64,000 nucleotides of DNA from Candidatus Bathyarchaeota archaeon (GTDB lineage: Archaea; Thermoproteota; Bathyarchaeia; TCS64), in NCBI GenBank assembly GCA_963771885.1, contig CAVYVF010000023.1, positions 768,001 through 832,000 of the forward strand. The letters run 5' to 3'. The position numbers and the translations under genes are program-made. Under the pieces are notes generated by a model. The model was given only the letters and a program-made list of their open reading frames with translations, made no database searches and was not told the DNA's origin. Below, piece after piece: positions 21,015 through 31,536 of this stretch. Within the stretch, counting starts at the first letter, position 1. Every line of letters starts with the position of its first letter.

Positions 21015-21999
21015 CTATAATTCGTAGACTGTTCCCGGGACCTTGGGGAATGGCTGAGTTTCACCTATGTGGCTCGCTCCCGTTATCCAGCTCACTATGC
21101 GCTCGATGCCGATGCCCGCGCCGGCGGTTGGCTTTATCCTGCCTTCCTTCGCCAGCTTCAGGATGAGGGCGAAGTTCTCCTTCCTTACGTTCTCCTTCTC
21201 CATCTTCGCCAGCATCTTGGGGTACTCGCACTCCCTTCGGGAGCCGGAGAGGACCTCGCCGAAGCCCGGCATCATGAGGTCGTAGTTGTCCCACCTGCCT
21301 GTCTCGAAGTCTTCGAAGTCGTAGAACTCGCGGGGTAGGTTGATGACCCATGCGGGTTCCTTGATTTCGGTGATCAGCTTCGCCTCCCAGCCGGCGCCGT
21401 ACTTCTCTTCGAGCTTCGACTGCGTCGTAGGTGGCGAAGGGCTGCTTTGTGATCTTCAGCGCGTCGAGTCTGCCTAGGAGCTTGAGGTCTTCGGCTCTGT
21501 CTCTCTTCAGGCTCTCGACGAGGTCGGTGACGGCGCCTTCGACGAGCCTCATTATGTCGGAGGAGGAGGCGCCTCTCGCCTCGAAGTCGAGTTGGGTGAA
21601 CTCGTAGACGTGTTTGCCTGTCTTTGCCCTCTCAGCTTTCTCTATCCTGATGTTTGGGCTGAGGATGAAGAGCTTGGGGTAGGCGAGGCTGGAGGCGATG
21701 AGCTTGTGGACGATCATGCTTGACGTTGTGCGCACGGTCTCGCCGTAGATGTCGACCTCGATCCGTTTGTCGATGGATGCGCTCGGGTCGGGCCAGAGGG
21801 GGTCAGTTGACTTGGAGAGCGCCACGGGGAGGAGCCACTGGAACCCGTTGACTGTGAAGTAATTGGTCAGGTTGCTGAGCGTGTAGGTCATGACCCTGCC
21901 TATGCAGGACTTTCTGTCAAGCTCCTCTTCTGAGAGCCTGTCGAGTGGCTTGGGGATGTCATCTGCGATGCGGCCTTCTGTTGCTAGTTCAGTCTTCAA
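21015..21999 (-). CDS. asnA: Archaeal asparagine synthetase A (AsnRS-like); frameshift near 21420
   Basis: STDPLWPDP, SMIVHK, SPNIRIE, HVYEFTQLDFE, then after the shift PREFYD, GEVLSGSRRE, AGAGIGIER, FPKVPG. Confidence 0.9.
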
Positions 22000-22317
22000 C
22001 GGTTCTTCCTCGATTCTGGGTGCGTTTTGACGCGTTTGTACTTGGCAACATGCGTAGACCTTGTTTATAAATTTATTATGAAAATAGTCATGATTATTAC
22101 GAAAAGTCTTTCCATTGATGTTATTAATCCGTAATTATCACCGTTTACCTGGTGATTTTCTGTAACGCTTAGTATCGTATGTATTAACGTTGGATTCGCC
22201 TTTCAGATTAAAGCTGGGTTTCGATGATAGTTGTAAAGAATTCTTTTCAAAAAGGGCTAAAAACATACGCTGGAAGGATCGTGTGAGCGCATCAGTTAGG
22301 AACCGGAGTGTGAGGGT

Positions 22318-23232
22318 GTGGGGTTGAAATCTAGTTACGTTGGGTTAGCATCCGCCTTCACCATCTACTTCGTCTTACTTGGTGTCTTGTTATCGAGTCC
22401 GGCTGAGCATGTTGAGCCGTTCACTCAAACCTATGTCAACGGGCCGACGAATGTGACTGGGTTCATACAGCCTATGTTGTTTCCCGGGAGGCAATTCGTT
22501 TCCGTGGAGGCAGCCCACGGGAAGCCCCTCTTCGCAGAAGACTACTACATGGCGGTAGTTTGTAACCTCACGGAGAACGCGAAGCCCTTCTTCCTCTTCG
22601 ACCCCGAACAAAACGGGACGATCTGGGAGACGATGATGGTCTGGCCCCGGAGTGGGAGTCACCTCGGTGGGTTGACCGGCTGGGACATCTACGGCGTGTA
22701 CACGAGCATGTGCACGGTGACGGTCAAGGGCGACGCCTTCACAGTGAACCGGGGGAACTGGACATACCAATGTATAGTCCCTCGAGTCATCGAGGTGCAT
22801 GACCGCGTCCACCTGCCTCTATTCATAGTGCAGTGGCGAATCTACGACAACGGCTTCCACGAAACGGGGCTTTACGGGAGTGGCACAAATTTCGCCGAGA
22901 ACCAGATATTCGTTGACCGTTCCGACTACGGGAACTCGACTGAGTTCTACCGAGTCACCCTAGTCAAGGGTGAATCTCTTAGGTTCTCGGCCGAACAACC
23001 AAAGCCATTCAACCTGCGCGTATATTCCTCCGTCGGCGGGAGCCCACCCGAATACCTGAGCGTCCTCGGTTCAACACTGTATGAGTTCGAAAACGTTACT
23101 ACTGTAAACCAGGAGTTCACTGCAGCCGAGAGCGGAGCATACAGCTTCGCATTCTATACGGACTACGAGGTAGACGGCCAGTTCACGGTCATCTTCAAGG
23201 CAGGAAGGGTAGAAGAGTCGAGCACGCCCTGA
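22318..23232 (+). CDS. Hypothetical exported/membrane-anchored protein
   Basis: N-terminal hydrophobic helix; beta-rich body with several NxS/T sequons. Confidence 0.7.
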   Translation: MGLKSSYVGLASAFTIYFVLLGVLLSSPAEHVEPFTQTYVNGPTNVTGFIQPMLFPGRQFVSVEAAHGKPLFAEDYYMAVVCNLTENAKPFFLFDPEQNGTIWETMMVWPRSGSHLGGLTGWDIYGVYTSMCTVTVKGDAFTVNRGNWTYQCIVPRVIEVHDRVHLPLFIVQWRIYDNGFHETGLYGSGTNFAENQIFVDRSDYGNSTEFYRVTLVKGESLRFSAEQPKPFNLRVYSSVGGSPPEYLSVLGSTLYEFENVTTVNQEFTAAESGAYSFAFYTDYEVDGQFTVIFKAGRVEESSTP

Positions 23233-23234
23233 CG

Positions 23235-24476
23235 CTAGGGCTTGATTGACTTCGCTATTCTGGCGAGGAGTCCGTTGACGAACTCTTCTCGCTGCTCTCT
23301 CGGCGGGTTGTCGTTTCCCATCCTCGCCACGACGAGGTCGAGGCTTGGGACGACGTAGCAGTCGTTGATGTTGTGCCCCCTTGAGCCGAAGGTGTCCGCG
23401 GGGATGCCTTCCACGTCGTCTTTGATCCAGAAGGTGTAGCCGTAGTTTACAGGGGTGCTGCCGTCGGTGCGTTTGTATCGTGTCGTCGCCTGTTTTATCC
23501 ACTGCTCGGGGATGAGCTGCTTCCTCCCCCACTTGCCCCTGCGGAGCCAGAGGTAGCCGAGCCGTGCGAAGTCGCGGGCGCTGCACCTGAATGTGCTCCC
23601 GACGATTGTGTTGCATCCTATTGGGCTGCTGCCCCTGTCTGCGCCGTAGGCGTTGCAGCCCTCACCTCCGCCGAGGCCCCAACCGGGCACATCCGAGTAG
23701 TTGAGCTCCCGGTCGTCTGTGTAGGGTATATCAGTGTAGAAGTTCTCGCCGAGCTCAGCGGGCATCCCGATCTCCCTTAGGACCCTGTCCCACGCATAGC
23801 GCCCGACCTCGACGCCCGAGATGTTCCTCATCGCGAGGGCGAGCTGCTCGAGGCCGAAGTTGCTGTAGTTGAAGCCGGAGCCGGGATCGAAGAGGAGCCT
23901 GTGCTGGGAGGGAACGCCGTTGAAGCGCCACCAGCCGAAGCAGTACTCGTACATCTGGTAGGGACCGGCGTAGCCCGGGTAGCGGCGCCGCCTGCCGGGG
24001 GCGAGCCAGGGCTCGCGTGAGTCGTGCCCGGACGTCATCGACAGGACATGCTTGACGAGAATACGCATCTTGCGCTCGTCGGTTATGGGCTGCCCCCATA
24101 TCTGAGGTATCAGCGATTCTTTGCGGCTCTCGCCGACGAGGGGCGCGTCGAGGGTGACCCGGTTGCTGTATTCCTTCAGGAAGGCGCCGACGACGGTCCC
24201 GAAGATCGACTTTGTGGACGACTTGATGTCGTTGCAGGTTTTTCTGCTCCACGGCTGGGGGCCGCCCTGCTCGCCCGTGACGTAGTTCTCCGCGATGACG
24301 TGTCCCTTGTGGACGATGACGAGTGCTCCTCCGTAGCTCCGTGTGGCGGCGTGGCCGTTATGGTAGCTGACGGCCTGTTTTAGTTGCTCGGCATCAATAC
24401 TGAGCTTCGCGGGTTCTGTGATGCGCCAGCCCCCCTCTGCTTCGGGTGGGGGAGTGTAGTCGACGTCGGAAGGCAT
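23235..24476 (-). CDS. Serine hydrolase, beta-lactamase family
   Basis: SxxK (SSTK), LSMTSG, FNYSN, SARDFARLG, YGYTFW. Confidence 0.9.
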   Translation of the reverse strand: MPSDVDYTPPPEAEGGWRITEPAKLSIDAEQLKQAVSYHNGHAATRSYGGALVIVHKGHVIAENYVTGEQGGPQPWSRKTCNDIKSSTKSIFGTVVGAFLKEYSNRVTLDAPLVGESRKESLIPQIWGQPITDERKMRILVKHVLSMTSGHDSREPWLAPGRRRRYPGYAGPYQMYEYCFGWWRFNGVPSQHRLLFDPGSGFNYSNFGLEQLALAMRNISGVEVGRYAWDRVLREIGMPAELGENFYTDIPYTDDRELNYSDVPGWGLGGGEGCNAYGADRGSSPIGCNTIVGSTFRCSARDFARLGYLWLRRGKWGRKQLIPEQWIKQATTRYKRTDGSTPVNYGYTFWIKDDVEGIPADTFGSRGHNINDCYVVPSLDLVVARMGNDNPPREQREEFVNGLLARIAKSIKP

Positions 24477-24530
24477 GTCGGTATCTGCGGTCTCTCGTTA
24501 TTTCTCACTTATCATCGCCGTGCGTGCACA

Positions 24531-25140
24531 CTATAGTGGCAGGTACTCGCGGAATAACTCGATGAAGATTCTGACAATCGTCGGCAAAATGATCAGTCCA
24601 GCGAGCTTGCCGATAAAGTCCATGTTGACCGGCCACTCTTGAGCGGTTTGCACATATTTTTCTTTCAGCTGCACCGCTTGAAGCCCTGCCATAATGACTA
24701 GGACCTGGTTTACTTCGCTTCCAACTGCCTTTGCCTTTTCAAGTTGTTGCAGGAGATTATCGGACTCTATTCTTAGTCTCTCCATTCTAACTCCCTTCAA
24801 CTTCACCAGCGCGTCGTGGATGCTGTATAGTGGGAGGACTACGATTGCCGCTCCAATAATTACGAAGAGTAGGTATGGTGAAAATACGACCTCGGTCCAA
24901 AAGACGGAGCTGTCCTTAATGAGTGGCATTGCTACGGCGATGCTGATTGTGATAAAGTAAAAGAGAGCATAGTTTAGTATCAATCTCATAAGTTCATGAA
25001 AGCCTTCACCTGCTCTGTCAAGTAGCTCAGGTCGGAGTTTTTGGCGTGATACAGTGACGATTAGATAAAATATTCCGAGGAACATCCAGACTCCGGTATC
25101 GAAGTTCGAAGAATAATGCCCAGGCTATGTTCCCGATCAC
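24531..25140 (-). pseudogene. 5'-truncated membrane protein
   Basis: The ORF 24531..25085 continues upstream across a frameshift (VIGNIAWALFF/FDTGVWMFLG) and runs into the non-coding repeat region; lower GC. Confidence 0.5.
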
Positions 25141-25670
25141 TCGCGCGCGCATCCAAACCGCTGTTAACCATAGCGACGGGCTGTTAACCCCCGATCACTG
25201 CAGCCCATGGTCTGTAAAGAAAAGTAGCGCCCCATTCAGCGCGTAATGCTATCAGAATAGGCTCTAGTCCCTCATCCTCCAGTACACGCCGTACCATGCT
25301 AGGAGGTGTTTTCCAGGAAAATTCGACTTAACACTTTTTACAGATTTAACACTACAACTAACACCCTTAACATGTTCATTTACACCACTTTACACGCTTA
25401 ACAGCGCTTAACAGAGGACTTGATACTACTTAACACCTTGAACATGTAATTTTCTAGCGCACCTACATACATCTATACTCGCGTATGCGCGCGGTTCCAC
25501 TAGGAAACATAGTTCAACCTGCCGCGATGAAAGGTCCCCCCTACTCGCGAGCGGGCCGACAAGTAACACCGTTTCTAGTAACGTGCGCGCTTCATGATGT
25601 ACCAAGTTAATGATCGCCTCTGATAACGTTCATAACAGTTCTCAAGCATCAATGCTGGAGGCTCAAGAGT
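25141..25670. other. Candidate replication origin (or terminus) region
   Basis: Long non-coding gap, phased hexamer array, ORB-like GTTCCACTAGGAAAC at 25494-25508, palindrome TTTTCCAGGAAAA at 25309-25321, apparent G/C skew switch. Confidence 0.45.
25328..25444 (+). repeat. Tandem array of 11 TT(A/T)ACA-type hexamers, about 10-bp period
   Basis: Copies start at 25328, 25337, 25346, 25358 (CTAACA), 25367, 25379, 25389, 25398, 25408, 25430, 25439 (TGAACA), with a degenerate TTGATA at 25420. Confidence 0.9.
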
Positions 25671-25762
25671 CTATTTGGAAGGTGACCCTTCTGCTGGTGA
25701 CTCATTCGGCTTCATGATAGCTACCTGCGTGCGCGTAGTCTTCGCACGACAGGTTTTCCCAT

Positions 25763-26635
25763 TTATAGGGCTAAGAAAATGCTGAGTATTATCGGGATAT
25801 CCGTCCCGGCGTGAAAGAGGACCGATGCGAGCAGGCTGTCCGTCCTCTGCGCCACCCAACCCCACGCTAAGCCAAGGAAGAACGTTAGGACCACGAAGAG
25901 GTAAGGCTCAGGCGTGTAGGCTACGCTCAGGTGAATCGTGCAGAAGACGATCGCCTGCAACAAGTTGGCGGCCCTCGGCCCGAATAGCGCCTCGTACTTC
26001 TTCAGGAAGAGCCCGCGGTACATCGACTCCTCAAGCAGCCCGTTCGAGAGCACGAAGACCAATATCCACGGCGCCCATCCAATCACCCTCGAGTCCACGC
26101 TCTGTGCGCCGAACATGGATGTCGCCAACATCGGCGAGGCGACGGCGAAGAGCGCGAAAAGCGCCAACCCTATGAGGAGCCCCGTTCCTAGTTTGCCCCT
26201 TTTCACATATATTGACCCAAGATCGCCGCCGGAGAGCAGGGTAAACGCAGCTATTGGCGCAATCGTCAGGAGAGCTGCCAGCGCCTTCTCGAGGGCGACC
26301 GTCTCCACCGTCAACGGGTAGGATAAGAAGCCGAAGACAAGCCATTGGAGAAGGAACGCTGCCCCCCCGATGAAGTAGGCGAAGAAGACCCGCCAGTAGA
26401 GGCTGAACCGGCTGCTCCGGCGCATGTACAATGCGAGGATTAGGGAGACCAGCGGCACTGCGAACTTGTAGACCAGGCGGACATCCTCGCCGACCGGGAT
26501 GTTATTCCACTGCAGAGGACCCAACGCGAATACGCCGAATAGTGTGAGGATCAGAAAAGTCCCCAATTTAGCCAACTGGTTTTCTGGGGATGTCGACATT
26601 CTGTCCACCTGTGAACTCATTTTCCTCGAATACAA
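25763..26635 (-). CDS. CPBP (CAAX/Abi) intramembrane metalloprotease
   Basis: EESMYRG, FCTIH, SVLFHAGTD. Confidence 0.9.
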   Translation of the reverse strand: MYSRKMSSQVDRMSTSPENQLAKLGTFLILTLFGVFALGPLQWNNIPVGEDVRLVYKFAVPLVSLILALYMRRSSRFSLYWRVFFAYFIGGAAFLLQWLVFGFLSYPLTVETVALEKALAALLTIAPIAAFTLLSGGDLGSIYVKRGKLGTGLLIGLALFALFAVASPMLATSMFGAQSVDSRVIGWAPWILVFVLSNGLLEESMYRGLFLKKYEALFGPRAANLLQAIVFCTIHLSVAYTPEPYLFVVLTFFLGLAWGWVAQRTDSLLASVLFHAGTDIPIILSIFLAL

Positions 26636-26719
26636 TGTAAACCTACCTGTATGGAAATTTTTTTTAAATAGTTGTAGATGAGGGGTAGTTTTAGTGGATT
26701 TCTCAGGCTTGATGAATAA

Positions 26720-28229
26720 ATGAGTGACTCTGCACTACTATTGGAAAAGAAGATCGCCGGAGATCTTAGAAAAGCCCAGAACAACATGTTCAGCGGTAAA
26801 AATGATGACGCCTGGGGAATAATCGAGGCGGTGTCGTCGGATATTGAGCAGTTAAAAAGTATTAATCCCAACAGTCGCTCGATAGCCTCGTTTGAGCAAC
26901 AATTCAATCGCCTAAGACAAGACTTGGAGAAGAAGCTGAAGAAAGGCGCCGGCTCAGCTCCGCCAACCTTCACAGCTCCGACACCACCTAAAATTTCGTC
27001 AACCCCTGTCGCGGCTCAACCGTCGACTCAGGTGAAGCCTTCGAGTGAAGCCAAGTTACCCGGCGGAGTGACTAAACGTCTCGAAGAGATGGAGAAGCGG
27101 CTTCAGCAGGCTGAGGATTCTTTGAATCAGGCTGAGAGCCGAGTGTCGATTGATAGGGCTAAGCACCATTTGGAGTATGTGCGGGGCTCCTATGAGGAGT
27201 TGGAGAGAATGTATAAAGAGCATACGAATCACCCCGATGTTCAAACTATTAAGGGAAAACTCTCCGCTTTAACGAGTAAAATAGATGCAATTCAGGAGAA
27301 GCTTGAATCCGGAGCGGCGTCAGCCGAGGAAAACAAGTCGCGTGTAGAGAGCCGCTCGAAGGATTGGGTGGAGAAGATACAGCCATACCTGCCGGGCGGT
27401 GCCCGTGAGAAGCAACTCGAGCTCTCGCGAATAAGGGGGAAGCAGAGCCTCATAAACCAAAAAAACCTGTTGAACGAGGCGAAGAACCTACTAAAGGAAT
27501 TCGAGTCCTCGGATTGGTCAACCGGGAAGACTGAGGAACTTGAAAAAGCCGAAAAAGACCTCAAGCATAGAATAGATGAGGGACAAACGGCTCTTCGAGC
27601 AGAGCATCCAAAGCATTTTGGGTGACGCAGGGTCCATAATCGACGAAAAACTGGCGCAGTTCAAGAAGGATAGTGCCTGGCGTAAGGATGCGTCTCTCCG
27701 ACCAAACTGGCTACTAAGAGGAGACCGTCAGAGCATCGATGAGAAGATGGGTCTAGTCGATGAACTTGTTCCGGAGATACTCCCCAAAAATAACCCGGAG
27801 CTACTCGACCTGAAGAACAGGCTCACCGAACTAGAAGAGGAGAACCGTGGACGCCTAGCTGAGTTGCCGAAGAGAACCTTCATGGCACCCTCAAAATATT
27901 CGGGGGCAGACGCGGATACCCTGAGGGAGAAAGCGGCGCAGTTGGTCAAGGACATCGTTCCTGAAGCCACGATCCTGAAGGTACATCTGATTCGTGAGGA
28001 TTGGCGGGTGGAAGACGTTGTGGAGCATACCGACACCAGCAGAACGGCGATTCACCGCAGAGTAACATATCATATGCCAGCCCAGGTGGCGGCGCGTGTC
28101 GGTGACAAGGTACAACTGTATAATGCGCACGTCGCAAAAAACCAGCGCCCCGACGGTTCATTTGACCGCCTGTATGGAAACCTCGAGGAATACCCGAAGG
28201 AAATAGCGCCTGAAAACCTGCCGAAGTAA
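26720..28229 (+). CDS. Hypothetical helical/coiled-coil protein; frameshift near 27587
   Basis: Two overlapping ORFs join on removing one A from GGACAAACGG; Pro/Ser/Thr linker after the N-terminal helical bundle; AT-richer than the flanks. Confidence 0.7.
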
Positions 28230-28287
28230 CACAATATCTCCCCGCGACAGAATAAATCATTAAAAAGCTCTGTTTAACGAAAAGATG

Positions 28288-28362
28288 TGGTGGACTGGAG
28301 GGGAATTGAACCCCTGACCTCCGCCATGCCAAGGCGGCGATATACGGCTAATCTACCAGCCC
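28288..28362 (-). tRNA. tRNA-Ala(GGC), CCA encoded, no intron
   Basis: GGGCTGG/CCAGTCC acceptor stem with G3:U70; CCGCC-TTGGCAT-GGCGG anticodon arm; AGGGG-TTCAATT-CCCCT T arm; TTTAAA box about 30 bp upstream. Confidence 0.93.
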
Positions 28363-28407
28363 AGCCAAAACAACACACCAGCACCAACCGTTTAAACATT
28401 ACCCCGA

Positions 28408-29682
28408 CTACGGAGAGGTCTCCTGAGTCGGGTCACTGATCAGCCCCGAGAACAGTATCGAACCCGAGCGGTCGTCCCTAATCACAAACATGTATGGACG
28501 GTCCACGATGAACTCGGTCCTAATCGGCGCACTCGTCAACCCGATGCCAACGTTCGTCGCCGCGGCGGCCTCGGTCCCCTCCTCATTCACCTCAACGACC
28601 GCCTTATGGTCCACGAAGGCGATGAAGAGGCGCTCAGGCGCCACGTCCGCTATCCCGCTAAAGTCAGCCGCGCTGCGGTCAAAGGCCAAGCCCATGCCCA
28701 GGCTCGTCAAGGCGTCCTTCAGGTCGACCTTCCCATACTCAAGCTTGAGCTTCGGCATACGGAGGTCAAGCTCCCTCTCCGACACATTGGTGATGTAGGA
28801 CTCCAGTTCCTCGCCCGTGAGCCCAGAGGTGAACTCCTCGAGAGAGCTGCCCTCCGCTGGGAGGAAGACGTACATAGCGACCTTGTCCCTCCCATAGGGG
28901 AGGCGGGCAATCTGCACCTCGTCGTCGCCGTAGTAGGCGTAGTCCCCCACCCTGCTCATCATGTCGACCTGGACGGTTGATCCATCCACCGTCTTGAAGT
29001 CGGCGGCCCTCGTAAGGGCGGCGTCGAACTTGTCCACCCACGCCCCCTTGAAGTAGATTGCGTTGATGAGGAACATCACAATCTCCGCGTCGATGTCGTC
29101 GACCATCTTTGTGATCTTGCCGTTCGTCTCATCTTCTATCCAAGAGTTGACATCGGTGACGGTCGAGCCGTCGAAGGGCCTGACGTAGACCTCGCTCATG
29201 AAGTACTCCGAGAGTGCATCCGTGAACGTGGGCTTCACCCTGTCGGCGAAGCTCGACCTGATCCAGACCGAGTCCCCGATGTTGAGGCTCACATCCTTGT
29301 CCGCGTTCTCCAGGCTCTCGATGAGCGTCTTGAAGCCGGCGTTGACCTCCTCATCGCTCATCCACCCGAAGCCGAGTGCCTCGGCCATCGCCTGCTTCGT
29401 CGTAGTGTTCGCCCCGTTGTAAGCCATGCTCAGGGCAACGCTGACGCTGAGCGGCGAGATGAAGACGTTGCCCCCGCCCTGCGACCTCTGGAGCTGCCAC
29501 AGCAGCCTGACGGCGAAGTCAGTGTTAGCGGCGACCAACGAAGCATCGACATCCGCGGCTTTAGCATCCGAGTCGGCGTAGGCGAGCCCCGCAGAGAGGA
29601 AGTTGAGCAGGACGCCCACCCCACCCATGATCAGGAGCAATACGACTCCAACGAGTAAGCGACGCCTTGAAGGATTCATCAA
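28408..29682 (-). CDS. Serpin with N-terminal membrane anchor
   Basis: NVFISPLS, INAIYFKG.W, hinge EEGTEAAAAT, F.VDRPYMF.I. Confidence 0.95.
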   Translation of the reverse strand: MMNPSRRRLLVGVVLLLIMGGVGVLLNFLSAGLAYADSDAKAADVDASLVAANTDFAVRLLWQLQRSQGGGNVFISPLSVSVALSMAYNGANTTTKQAMAEALGFGWMSDEEVNAGFKTLIESLENADKDVSLNIGDSVWIRSSFADRVKPTFTDALSEYFMSEVYVRPFDGSTVTDVNSWIEDETNGKITKMVDDIDAEIVMFLINAIYFKGAWVDKFDAALTRAADFKTVDGSTVQVDMMSRVGDYAYYGDDEVQIARLPYGRDKVAMYVFLPAEGSSLEEFTSGLTGEELESYITNVSERELDLRMPKLKLEYGKVDLKDALTSLGMGLAFDRSAADFSGIADVAPERLFIAFVDHKAVVEVNEEGTEAAAATNVGIGLTSAPIRTEFIVDRPYMFVIRDDRSGSILFSGLISDPTQETSP

Positions 29683-29832
29683 CCATCTATTCGAAGCGGA
29701 CGAATATTATTCTAGGGATTAGAACACCCTGCCTCACCACGAACTCCCGTTCGAATACGCAGCTTCGCCGAGGCAATCACGAACCCACCCAAAGTACTAT
29801 ATCGCGAATATGCCCATCTCCCATGAACCGAC

Positions 29833-30583
29833 GTGAACGCCGTCAAGGACATGTTGAAGGCGGGTAAGACCGCCGTTGGAACGACCGGTGGGCCGACGAG
29901 CCCCGCAGACTGGCTAGCCGAATCGGGCTTCGACTTCATCCTATTCGACACCCAGCACTCCCCCGTGGAGATCAAGGAGCTGAAGGGGGCGGTCGAGGCG
30001 ATGAAGGGCAAAAAAGCCATCCCCGTAATCAGGGTCGGGGAGAACAACCAGGCCCTCATCTGCTACGCCCTCGACATCGGCGCCAAGGGCATCATCGTGC
30101 CGATGGTCGACACAAGGAAGATGGCGGAGGACATGGTCAAGTGGTGCAAGTACCCGCCCGAGGGCGTGAGGAGCTCCGCAGGCGTCAGGGGCGAGTGGGG
30201 CAAGTACGACAAGTACCGCGACTACATGGACGCCTTCAACAGGGAGATACTCATCATCCCCATGATCGAGACCATCGAGTCGATGAACAACATCGACGAG
30301 ATACTCTCCGTACCCGGAATCGACGTCCTCCTCGTCGGCCCCTCGGACCTCTCCATTAACCTAGGGATAACCCTCGACTACGGTAACCCGAAGTACGCTG
30401 AGGCGCTCCAGAAAATCGCCGACGCCTGCAAGAGACACAACGTCACGGCGGGCATGTACTTCATACCCCCCGGATGGGAGCCCGAACAGGCTCGTCGACA
30501 TGGGCTTCAAGCTCTTCACGCTGCCCTGGAACAGCTGGGCGACCAACGGAGTGGCGAAGGGACTAGAAGCCATTAAGAGGTAA
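29833..30583 (+). CDS. HpcH/HpaI aldolase family protein; frameshift near 30482
   Basis: DTQHSP, ALDIGAKGIIVPMV, YPPEGVRS, MIET, VGPSDLS; removing one C restores the C-terminus ...GLEAIKR*. Confidence 0.9.
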
Positions 30584-30655
30584 AAACCGCGCCATCGGGG
30601 GAACGATTCCTTCTCAGAACGACCCCGAATTCACGATTGATTCTGCAAATGTTTT

Positions 30656-31432
30656 CTACTTCATAAAGTGTCCGCCATCAACGAGCAGAGTCTGGCCGTG
30701 AACATAGCTTGCCTCATCAGAGGCCATGAAGACGATCACGTTCGCGATGTCCCCAGGGGTCCCCAGTCGCTTAGCGGGAACCGAGTCGATGAACTCCGCG
30801 TAATCGGCCTCTTCCTCCCGTGTCATGCCCCGTGAGTTGGCACCTCTACCTTTTCCTGTGTACACCAACCCCGGAGCGATGCAGTTGACGTTAATATTCT
30901 GTCCCGCGAGCTCCAGCGCAAGTTGTCTGGTTAAACCCCCGAGGCCGGCCTTCGAAGCAGCGTATGCATGAATTCCAGTCCTACTATAGACAACACCGGC
31001 ACCAGAACCAACGTTCACGATCTTTCCATACTTCTGTCTCCTCATATATGGAGTCGCGAATCTGATGCAGTTGAATTGGCCGGTAAGATTAACATCGAGA
31101 ACTCTGTCCCAGTCCTCCTTTTTCACATCTTCAACGTTCTGATGCTTTGGAACGTCCCACCAGCCGGCGTTATTGATCAGAATATCCAGCCTACCGAACC
31201 TTGCCGCCGTCTCTTCGACCATATTCTTCACCGCGTCGACGTCCGTGACATCGGCTATGAAGTATGTTGCTTTCCCGCCGGATGCGGCTATTTCTTCGGC
31301 AACATGTTTGCACGAGTCAGACTGGGAGTTACAGACTACTATGGCTCCTCTTTCCGCCAATAACTTTGCAGCGGCTTCACCGATACCATGGCCGGCTCCA
31401 GTTACTATCGCTACTTTATCCTTGAAAGACAA
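30656..31432 (-). CDS. SDR family NAD(P)-dependent oxidoreductase
   Basis: TGAGHGIG, NNAG, YAASK, NCIAPG, VDGG. Confidence 0.95.
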   Translation of the reverse strand: MSFKDKVAIVTGAGHGIGEAAAKLLAERGAIVVCNSQSDSCKHVAEEIAASGGKATYFIADVTDVDAVKNMVEETAARFGRLDILINNAGWWDVPKHQNVEDVKKEDWDRVLDVNLTGQFNCIRFATPYMRRQKYGKIVNVGSGAGVVYSRTGIHAYAASKAGLGGLTRQLALELAGQNINVNCIAPGLVYTGKGRGANSRGMTREEEADYAEFIDSVPAKRLGTPGDIANVIVFMASDEASYVHGQTLLVDGGHFMK

Positions 31433-31536
31433 ATTATTCTAAGCTTTAGAAATATACTATTTAAGACCTCATGAGTGCGCGCGCCAACGTTCTTTAAGCC
31501 GGATCGGTTTACTGACTCCACGAATGGTGAAAGTGT

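Noticed and set aside
25328..25444. CRISPR array
   Set aside because: Repeats are 6 bp with 3-6 bp spacers, and no cas genes are present.
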